Source of the DNA: Eledone cirrhosa
Taxonomy: Eukaryota
Reading direction: 5' to 3'
DNA length: 64,000 bases
NCBI GenBank assembly: GCA_964016885.1
Contig: OZ024743.1
Span: forward strand, 205,034,001-205,098,000
Made by a program: the position numbers and the translations under genes. A model generated the notes under the pieces. It was not told the origin of the DNA. It did no database searches and was given only the letters and a program-made list of their open reading frames with translations. Numbering within the stretch: position 1 is the stretch's first letter; every line of letters begins with the position of its first letter. Below, in pieces: positions 55,229 through 64,000 of the stretch.

Positions 55229-55409
55229 AATTGTTTCTACTTTTTGGCACAAGGCCAGCAATTATTCCAGTGCATTACTGGTACTTTATTTTATCGACCC
55301 CGTAAGGATGAAAGGCAAAGTTAACCTCGGCGGGATTTGAACTCAGATCATAAAGGGAGGTAACTCTATGCTTCAAAGCATGGCATCCGACCCTTACCGA
55401 TACTGCCAA
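55229..55409 (-). mobile_element. Second copy of the same SINE, inverted (tail-to-tail)
   Basis: Reverse complement of 54991-55170 with substitutions. Confidence 0.82.
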
Positions 55410-55477
55410 ATATATATTTTATATATATAATATAAATATTATATATATTATATATATATTATATATATTATATATAT

Positions 55478-55534
55478 TCTCGTTTACTCGTTTACCTGTT
55501 TCAGCCATCCGGCTGAGGCCATGCTGGGGCACCG
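55478..55534 (-). mobile_element. Short 3'-end fragment of another SINE/LINE
   Basis: Minus strand cggtgccccagcatggcctcagccggatggctgaaacag + (gtaaacga)2 tail; hairpin plus short tandem tail, inside (TA)n. Confidence 0.55.
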
Positions 55535-55921
55535 TATATATATATATTTTATATATATATATTTTATATATATATATATTTTATATTTATAATATAAATA
55601 TTATATATATTATATATATATATATATATATTTTTATATATATTTTATATATATATATGTATAATATATATATTATATATATAATATATATATTATATAT
55701 ATATATATTATAAATATATATATAATATATATATTATATATATTTTATAAATATATATATATATTGGAATAAATGCTCTGAAATAGCGATATATATGTGA
55801 ATATAGACATAGAATATTCGAAAATATTCTGTATGTTTATAATAAACATTTTGAAGACCTAATCGCTATAGAATAGAATACGTCACGTATTACAATTAGA
55901 TTCTCGATAAAAGCAAGGGAA

Positions 55922-55964
55922 GTAATCTACGCGTTTCATTCTTGTTAGAAATCATCAGGACTAC
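55922..55964 (-). ncRNA. Minimal type I HHR (also 56232-56274, 56542-56584; broken copy 56852-56886)
   Basis: Reverse complement of the motif at 57147-57189. Confidence 0.88.
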
Positions 55965-57146
55965 ATATCCAGTGCTTTTATCGAGAATGACACAGCTAGA
56001 GACTTATAGAATACTTAGCTGTGTACAGGAACTGGTTTGAAAGAGCGGTTGCCGGTCCGGCAGAAATTAGAAATTGGAATAAATGCTCTGAAATAGCGAT
56101 ATATATGTGAATATAGACATAGAATATTCGAAAATATTCTGTATGTTTATAATAAACATTTTGAAGACCTAATCGCTATAGAATAGAATACGTCACGTAT
56201 TACAATTAGATTCTCGATAAAAGCAAGGGAAGTAATCTACGCGTTTCATTCTTGTTAGAAATCATCAGGACTACATATCCAGTGCTTTTATCGAGAATGA
56301 CACAGCTAGAGACTTATAGAATACTTAGCTGTGTACAGGAACTGGTTTGAAAGAGCGGTTGCCGGTCCGGCAGAAATTAGAAATTGGAATAAATGCTCTG
56401 AAATAGCGATATATATGTGAATATAGACATAGAATATTCGAAAATATTCTGTATGTTTATAATAAACATTTTGAAGACCTAATCGCTATAGAATAGAATA
56501 CGTCACGTATTACAATTAGATTCTCGATAAAAGCAAGGGAAGTAATCTACGCGTTTCATTCTTGTTAGAAATCATCAGGACTACATATCCAGTGCTTTTA
56601 TCGAGAATGACACAGCTAGAGACTTATAGAATACTTAGCTGTGTACAGGAACTGGTTTGAAAGAGCGGTTGCCGGTCCGGCAGAAATTAGAAATTGGAAT
56701 AAATGCTCTGAAATAGCGATATATATGTGAATATAGACATAGAATATTCGAAAATATTCTGTATGTTTATAATAAACATTTTGAAGACATAATCGCTATA
56801 GAATAGAATACGTCACGTATTACAATTAGATTCTCGATAAAAGCAAGGGAAGTAATCTACGCGTTTCATTCTTGTTAGAAATCATCGCTTTTATCGAGAA
56901 TCTAATTGTAATACGTGACGTATTCTATTCTATAGCGATTAGGTCTTCAAAATGTTTATTATAAACATACAGAATATTTTCGAATATTCTATGTCTATAT
57001 TCACATATATATCGCTATTTCAGAGCATTTATTCCAATTTCTAATTTCTGCCGGACCGGCAACCGCTCTTTCAAACCAGTTCCTGTACACAGCTAAGTAT
57101 TCTATAAGTCTCTAGCTGTGTCATTCTCGATAAAAGCACTGTATAT

Positions 57147-57189
57147 GTAGTCCTGATGATTTCTAACAAGAATGAAACGCGTAGATTAC
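57147..57189 (+). ncRNA. Minimal type I HHR (also 57457-57499, 57767-57809, 58077-58119, 58387-58429)
   Basis: GUAGUC-CUGAUGA-U-UUCU-AACA-AGAA-U-GAAA-CGCG-UA^GAUUAC; stem I extended by perfect 16-bp attctcgataaaagca/tgcttttatcgagaat (57123-57211); predicted cut after 57183. Confidence 0.9.
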
Positions 57190-58553
57190 TTCCCTTGCTT
57201 TTATCGAGAATCTAATTGTAATACGTGACGTATTCTATTCTATAGCGATTAGGTCTTCAAAATGTTTATTATAAACATACAGAATATTTTCGAATATTCT
57301 ATGTCTATATTCACATATATATCGCTATTTCAGAGCATTTATTCCAATTTCTAATTTCTGCCGGACCGGCAACCGCTCTTTCAAACCAGTTCCTGTACAC
57401 AGCTAAGTATTCTATAAGTCTCTAGCTGTGTCATTCTCGATAAAAGCACTGGATATGTAGTCCTGATGATTTCTAACAAGAATGAAACGCGTAGATTACT
57501 TCCCTTGCTTTTATCGAGAATCTAATTGTAATACGTGACGTATTCTATTCTATAGCGATTAGGTCTTCAAAATGTTTATTATAAACATACAGAATATTTT
57601 CGAATATTCTATGTCTATATTCACATATATATCGCTATTTCAGAGCATTTATTCCAATTTCTAATTTCTGCCGGACCGGCAACCGCTCTTTCAAACCAGT
57701 TCCTGTACACAGCTAAGTATTCTATAAGTCTCTAGCTGTGTCATTCTCGATAAAAGCACTGGATATGTAGTCCTGATGATTTCTAACAAGAATGAAACGC
57801 GTAGATTACTTCCCTTGCTTTTATCGAGAATCTAATTGTAATACGTGACGTATTCTATTCTATAGCGATTAGGTCTTCAAAATGTTTATTATAAACATAC
57901 AGAATATTTTCGAATATTCTATGTCTATATTCACATATATATCGCTATTTCAGAGCATTTATTCCAATTTCTAATTTCTGCCGGACCGGCAACCGCTCTT
58001 TCAAACCAGTTCCTGTACACAGCTAAGTATTCTATAAGTCTCTAGCTGTGTCATTCTCGATAAAAGCACTGGATATGTAGTCCTGATGATTTCTAACAAG
58101 AATGAAACGCGTAGATTACTTCCCTTGCTTTTATCGAGAATCTAATTGTAATACGTGACGTATTCTATTCTATAGCGATTAGGTCTTCAAAATGTTTATT
58201 ATAAACATACAGAATATTTTCGAATATTCTATGTCTATATTCACATATATATCGCTATTTCAGAGCATTTATTCCAATTTCTAATTTCTGCCGGACCGGC
58301 AACCGCTCTTTCAAACCAGTTCCTGTACACAGCTAAGTATTCTATAAGTCTCTAGCTGTGTCATTCTCGATAAAAGCACTGGATATGTAGTCCTGATGAT
58401 TTCTAACAAGAATGAAACGCGTAGATTACTTCCCTTGCTTTTATCGAGAATCTAATTGTAATACGTGACGTATTCTATTCTATAGCGATTAGGTCTTCAA
58501 AATGTTTATTATAAACATACAGAATATTTTCGAATATTCTATGTCTATATTCA

Positions 58554-58993
58554 TATATATATATATATTATATATATAATATATATATTATATATATATA
58601 TATATTTATAAAATATATATATATATATTTTATATATATAATATATATATTATATATATAATATATATATTATATATATTTTATAAATATATATATATAT
58701 TATTTATATAATATATATAATTATATATACATATATTTTATAAATATATATATATATATATTTTATATATATATATATAATATATATATTATATATATAA
58801 TATATATATTATATATATATATTTTATAATATATATATATTTTATAAATATATATATATATATAGTTATATATATATAATATATATATTATATATATATA
58901 TATTTTATAAATATATATATATATTTTATAAATATATATATCATATATATATTATATATATAATATATATATTATCTATATATATATTTTATA

Positions 58994-59026
<33 letters not shown>

Positions 59027-59180
59027 TTTATATAAATATATAATATATATATTTTATAAATATATATATATATATTTTATATAAATATATAATATATATA
59101 TTATATATATAATATATATATTATATATATATATATTTTATAAATATATATATATATTTTATATAAATATACATATATTT

Positions 59181-59212
<32 letters not shown>

Positions 59213-59275
59213 ATAAATATATATTTTATATAAATATATATATATATATATATATAAATATATATATATTTTATT
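58554..59275. repeat. Interrupted (TA)n microsatellite
   Basis: Direct reading. Confidence 0.96.
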
Positions 59276-59506
59276 AATATAAAAGGTCAACAGTTGACAT
59301 GATAGTGATTTTGACGATTTTGACTTTGATTTTGATTTTGTATCAGAACTGTCGGTAATATATGTATATATATATATATGTGTTTGTGAGTTGTGTGTGT
59401 GATTGTATGCATGAATGAGTGTTGGTATGTGTGGTTGTGGTTTGTATGCATGAGTATTAGTGTGTGAGTCGTGTCAATAAGTTTTTTTTTTTTTTTTTTT
59501 TTTTTT

Positions 59507-62500
59507 AAATGACCATGCTGTAAAATGGAGGGGTAGAGAGGGCCCTTGAGTCTAGTAAGACATCCTCTCTAGTGCTGGTGGCACAAATAAAAGCACCCAG
59601 TCCATGCTGTAAAGTGGCGCTGGTGTTAGGAAGGGCATCCAACCAGTGTATCAATGCCAAAAAGCTTATCAGCACAGCAACAAAACAGCATAGAAAAAAA
59701 AATATGAAGACGTCGCATCTCAGAGTTGCAACACTTAATGTTGGCACTCTCAGAGGTAGATCTGCTGAAATAGCGGAGATGCTGGAGAGAAGGCAGGTGG
59801 ATGTGTGCTGCGTGCAAGAGGTGAGATGGAGAGGTGCCTCTGCGAGACTAGTCGTAGGCAAGCGTCTTAGCTATAAGCTATTCTGGGTAGGTAAGGATGA
59901 TGGGTTAGGGGGAGTAGGCATTTTCCTGGCTGAGAAATGGATCAATAAGACAATAGAGGTAGTTCGAGTTAGTAATCGAATAATTAAGCTTAGATTAGTT
60001 GTAGGTAGGAGACTACTGACAATCATCTCGGTCTATGCTCCCCAAGCAGGCCTAGGCAAAGATGAGAAAGACTGCTTTTATGAGCAACTTTTGCAAACAA
60101 CCACAATGACAGAGGACGGAGACATTGTTATGCTAGCAGGAGACTTCAATGGTCATGTTGGACAGCTCCAGGATGGTTACACTGGGGTACATGGTGGGCA
60201 TGGTTACGGTTCAAGAAATGAAGAAGGAGTGAGACTTCTTGAATTTTGTGATGCAAGTACATTGACTATTTGCAACACAAACTTCCAGAAACCTGCCAAT
60301 CACCTAATAACCTACAAATCTGGTGAGCACATAAGCCAGATTGACTTCCTGCTAGTTAGGCAGCGGGACAGGCAGATAGTGTCTAATACCAAGGCATACC
60401 CTGGGGAAGAATGTACCCCACAGCATAGGTTAGTTGTTAGTGATATCTCAGTAAGCAAGAGATGGAATGAGCCATATAGGAAGGTGTGGAGAAGAAAGGT
60501 CTGGAAGCTAAAAGACCTTTCACTAAAATTCAAATTTAGGAAAGCCCTTCAAGATGTATATGACGAAAAAGAAGACGATTTAGAGACGTATGACATAGAT
60601 AATAACTGGAAGTTCTTACGTGACAACTTGCTGAAGGCTACTGATGAAACTTGTGGCTGGAGCAGAGCCCCAACCAGACAGAGAGTGACCTGGTGGTGGA
60701 ACAGCAGTGTAGATAAGGCTATTAGAGACAAAAGACTAGCATGGAAGGCTTGGAATAAGGGTGGGAGTAGGGAAGAATATACAGCCACTAAGAGAGAAGC
60801 TAGATGTCAGGTGTACTTAGCACGCAGGGAGGCAGAGAGTAGGAGGTTTGCCAATGTTCTGCGACGGGAAGATCAGAGGCGTGCGGTGTTCCACATTGCA
60901 AGGCAGTGTGTCAATGCAAATCAGGATGTTGTTGGTGATAAATGTGTCCGGGATGATGCCGGTGTACTTAGTGTCACGAATGACCAGAAAAAGGAGGCCT
61001 GGAAATGCCATTATGAGAGACTGATGAATGTGGAGAACGAATGGGAGAGAGAGAAATTACCCTTGGTAGATCCGACAGAGGGACCAGCTATTGAGATTGA
61101 CGAATATAGGGTCCAAGAGGCGATTAGGGAAATGAAAAATGGTAAGGCGGCCGGACCATCGGGAATAGTTGCTGAGATGCTGAAGGCATCAGGGGACGTA
61201 GGCACTAAACTGGTTGCACGCATAATCAATCAGGCTATATATGGTGGTGTCATACCCAAAGACTGGTGCAGCAGTATTCTCATAAATTGCTACAAAGGTA
61301 AAGGGGATGCTTTGGAGAGGAGCAATTATAGGGGTATAAAACTGATAGATCAGGTTATGAAAGTGGCAGAAAGGATTTTAGCACAACTAATTAGAGAAAG
61401 GGTCAAACTAGATGAGATGCAGTTTGGTTTTGTGCCTGGGAAGAGTACAACAGATGCCCTCTTCTTGGTGAGACAAATGCAAGAGAGGTTCTTAGAGAAG
61501 AATAAGCCACTATACTTGGCCTTTGTTGACCTAGAGAAGGCCTTTGATAGGGTACCCCGATCTGTCATCTGGTGGTCCCTAAGGAAGCTGGGTGTTGAGG
61601 AATGGCTTGTAAGGACAGTGCAAACTTTGTACAGAGGTACTCTCAGTAAAGTCAGGGTAGGAATGGAGTTTAGTGAGGAATTCCAGATACAAGTAGGAGT
61701 ACATCAGGGTTCGGTCCTCAGCCCGCTCTTGTTCATTATAGTCCTCCAAGCCATAACAGAGGAGTTTAAGACTGGCTGTCCATGGGAACTTCTCTATGCT
61801 GACGATCTGGCTCTTATGGCAGAATCAGTAGAGGAGCTAGAGAATAAATTCCGGCTATGGAAACAGCAGTTGGAAGCAAGAGGACTGAGAGTAAATCTAG
61901 CTAAGACAAAAGTGTTGATGAGTAGAAAAGAGGACAAAACCCTGATTCCGTCAGGGAAATGGCCATGTTCGATATGCAGAAAAGGAACTGGCATAAATTC
62001 TATAAAATGCACACAATGTAGGTCCTGGGTACACAAGAGATGTAGCGGGATAGCAGGCAAACTAACAGGTAGGGAGAAATATGTATGCAGTAGATGTACA
62101 GGGAAATTAGACAGTAGAAGTCGCACTGATAGACACATTTTTCAAATGCGAGAGGGCGCTATAGAAGTGGTGGATAGCTTCCGGTACCTAGGAGATCAGA
62201 TTAGCATGGGAGGAGGGTGTTCCGAGGCCATAGTATCTAGAATAAGGACGGGTTGGAAGAAGTTTAGGGAGCTGCTTCCTCTGTTGACGAAGAAGGGTTT
62301 CTCCCTGCGTACGAAAGGCCGGTTGTATGATGCCTGTGTGAGGAGCGCGATGCTGCATGGTAGTGAGACATGGGCAGCTACCGCAGAAGATATGCGACGG
62401 CTGGAGAGAAATGAGGCAAGCATGCTCCGTTGGATGTGCAGTGTAAATGTGCGTGAACGACCCAGCATAAATGTGTTGAGAGAGAAACTGTGTCTGAGAG

Positions 62501-62796
62501 GGATAGAATGTAGTGTACGGGAGAGGAGACTGAGGTGGTATGGACATGTGATGCGCATGGAGGATGACCGATGGGTGAAGAAGTGCCAGGAAATGCCAGT
62601 TGAAGGAAGACGTAGTAGAGGTAGACCACGAAAAACATGGGCGGAGATGGTGAGAACAGACCTCAGATCATTGAAGCTCACGGTGGAGATGACGAGGGAC
62701 CGTGACGAGTGGAGAGATGCTGTGCTGAATAAGACCCGTCCCACCCTTGCAAGCAGGGAAAAGCGGACGTAAAATGATGATGATGATGATGATGAT
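59507..62796 (+). mobile_element. RTE-clade LINE family 1, apparently full length (5' boundary approximate)
   Basis: Short 5' UTR with hairpin tagagagg/cctctcta and ggtgttaggaagggcatcc motif, single intact ORF, (ATG)n tail right after the stop. Confidence 0.93.
59704..62772 (+). CDS. RTE ORF: AP endonuclease + reverse transcriptase + PHD finger (intact; first ATG 59704, frame open from 59572)
   Basis: APE motifs ATLNVGTL, VQEVRW, SVYAPQ, AGDFNGHVG, QIDFLL, QHRLV; RT motifs QFGF, FVDLEKAFDRV, GVHQGSVLSPLLF, LLYADD, FRYLG; RTE C-terminus RLRWYGHVMRM, RGRPRKTW. Confidence 0.96.
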   Translation: MKTSHLRVATLNVGTLRGRSAEIAEMLERRQVDVCCVQEVRWRGASARLVVGKRLSYKLFWVGKDDGLGGVGIFLAEKWINKTIEVVRVSNRIIKLRLVVGRRLLTIISVYAPQAGLGKDEKDCFYEQLLQTTTMTEDGDIVMLAGDFNGHVGQLQDGYTGVHGGHGYGSRNEEGVRLLEFCDASTLTICNTNFQKPANHLITYKSGEHISQIDFLLVRQRDRQIVSNTKAYPGEECTPQHRLVVSDISVSKRWNEPYRKVWRRKVWKLKDLSLKFKFRKALQDVYDEKEDDLETYDIDNNWKFLRDNLLKATDETCGWSRAPTRQRVTWWWNSSVDKAIRDKRLAWKAWNKGGSREEYTATKREARCQVYLARREAESRRFANVLRREDQRRAVFHIARQCVNANQDVVGDKCVRDDAGVLSVTNDQKKEAWKCHYERLMNVENEWEREKLPLVDPTEGPAIEIDEYRVQEAIREMKNGKAAGPSGIVAEMLKASGDVGTKLVARIINQAIYGGVIPKDWCSSILINCYKGKGDALERSNYRGIKLIDQVMKVAERILAQLIRERVKLDEMQFGFVPGKSTTDALFLVRQMQERFLEKNKPLYLAFVDLEKAFDRVPRSVIWWSLRKLGVEEWLVRTVQTLYRGTLSKVRVGMEFSEEFQIQVGVHQGSVLSPLLFIIVLQAITEEFKTGCPWELLYADDLALMAESVEELENKFRLWKQQLEARGLRVNLAKTKVLMSRKEDKTLIPSGKWPCSICRKGTGINSIKCTQCRSWVHKRCSGIAGKLTGREKYVCSRCTGKLDSRSRTDRHIFQMREGAIEVVDSFRYLGDQISMGGGCSEAIVSRIRTGWKKFRELLPLLTKKGFSLRTKGRLYDACVRSAMLHGSETWAATAEDMRRLERNEASMLRWMCSVNVRERPSINVLREKLCLRGIECSVRERRLRWYGHVMRMEDDRWVKKCQEMPVEGRRSRGRPRKTWAEMVRTDLRSLKLTVEMTRDRDEWRDAVLNKTRPTLASREKRT

Positions 62797-62902
62797 ATAT
62801 ATTATATAAATATATATATATTTTATAAATATATATACATATTTTATATATATATATATATGTTATATAAATATATATATATTTTATATATATATATATA
62901 TA

Positions 62903-64000
62903 AGAGCGAATTGATCTAGACGAAATGCAGTTCGGGTTTGTGTCAGGTAAAAGTGCAACAGACGCTCTTTACGTTGTACGACAACTACAGGAGAAGTACC
63001 TGGCTAAAAGTAAACCCCTATACTTAGCTTTTGTTGACTTGGAGAAAGCCTTTGACAGAGTACCCCGTTCCATTATCTGGTGGGCCCTTAGAAAACTAGG
63101 TGTTGATGAATTTCTTGTGAGAGCTATACAAGCCATGTATAAAGAAACAGTAAGCAAGGTTAGAATTAACAACGAATATAGTGAAGAGTTTAGCGTAAAA
63201 GTTGGTGTTCATCAGGGCTCCGTCCTTAGCCTCCTACTATTTATTATTGCCCTTCAGGCTATAACAGAGGAGTTCAAGATCGGCTGCCCATGGGAACTCC
63301 TATATGCAGATGATCTAACGCTCATAGCTTAATCAATGGCTGAACTAGAGAAGAAATTCCAAACATGGAAGCACGGCCTAGAATCAAAAGGCCTTAAAGT
63401 TAACTTGTCTAAGACTAAAGTTCTAGTTTGTAGGAAGGAAAATAGAGCACTGGTCCCGTCTGGGAAATGGCCATGCTCAGTGTGTAGGAAAGGAGTAGGC
63501 AGAAAGTTCATTTTATGTCCCAAATGCAAAGTATGGGTGCATAAAAGATGTAGTGGGATCACAGGTAAGCTAACTAAGAACATAGATTTTACATGTGGCC
63601 GGTGCTCTGGTGCAATAAGTAGCAGCAAGTGCCCACAAAATACTAGCTCTTTCAATTGCACAGAGGGTTGTATAGAAATAGTGGACAGCTTCCGTTGCCT
63701 GGGTGACAAAATCAGCAGTGGGGGAGGGTGCTCTGAAAGTACAGTAGCTAGAGTCAGAACGGGATGTAAAAAGTTCAGAGAGCTTATACCACTATTGGCC
63801 GCTAAAGTGTTCTCTCTAAAAATGAAAGGTAGGCTGTATGATGCCTGCATACGAACAGCAATGTTGCATGGCAGTGAGACCTGGCATTGTGTGCAGAGGA
63901 TATACGCAGACTTGAGAGAAACGAAGCTTGCATGCTCCGCTGGATGTGTAATAGTAATATAGGTGAACGGCAAAGCATAAACGAACTAAGGGAGAAATTA
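62903..64000 (+). mobile_element. RTE LINE family 2, 5'-truncated defective copy (runs off window)
   Basis: RT motifs QFGF...LLYADD, in-frame TAA at 63330-63332, PHD finger, frameshift after HGSETW. Confidence 0.92.

Larger units (their letters stand above)
55763..58553. mobile_element. Putative retrozyme A array: 310-bp HHR-containing tandem repeat, ~3.6 units (-) joined head-to-head to ~5.4 units (+)
   Basis: attggaataaatgctctg at 55763, 56073, 56383, 56693; orientation flips at 56886/56887; only isolated substitutions between units; (TA)n both sides. Confidence 0.9.

Noticed and set aside
55763-58553. CRISPR array or tRNA/5S tandem genes
   Set aside because: Units are identical with no variable spacers, no cas genes and no tRNA/5S structure; the HHR explains it.
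59507-59600. HDV-like ribozyme at the RTE 5' end
   Set aside because: Only a simple hairpin is visible; I could not build the nested double pseudoknot by eye.
59505-63973. Minus-strand ORFs over the RTE elements
   Set aside because: Antisense shadows of the RTE coding frame.

Overview
Gene-free, extremely AT-rich, repeat-only animal DNA. RTE LINEs with (ATG)n tails, CORE-type and Meta-type tRNA SINEs and very long (TA)n tracts suggest a cephalopod such as Octopus (inference). 1-34474 is a macrosatellite of ~6.1 kb units (5 full periods plus one partial) built from a degenerate TTTT(T)AATGG motif that flips strand twice per unit around a ~390-bp palindrome. From 34475 on, retroelements are nested in (TA)n: two copies of one Penelope-like element (PLE; RT + C-terminal GIY-YIG, Naiad-like) and a 3' fragment of a second PLE family, one intact RTE LINE with a PHD finger, two defective RTE fragments, and several SINEs. 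The main hidden signal is RNA-level: four distinct type I hammerhead ribozyme (HHR) motifs read directly from the sequence. They lie in a near-perfect 310-bp tandem array with a head-to-head inversion, in a 501-bp unit with a 38-bp terminal redundancy, and near the 3' end of each PLE family. Together they look like a PLE/retrozyme (self-cleaving circRNA) system inserting into (TA)n. All folds were paired by eye; activity is untested. Nearly all short ORFs in the track are microsatellite artefacts.
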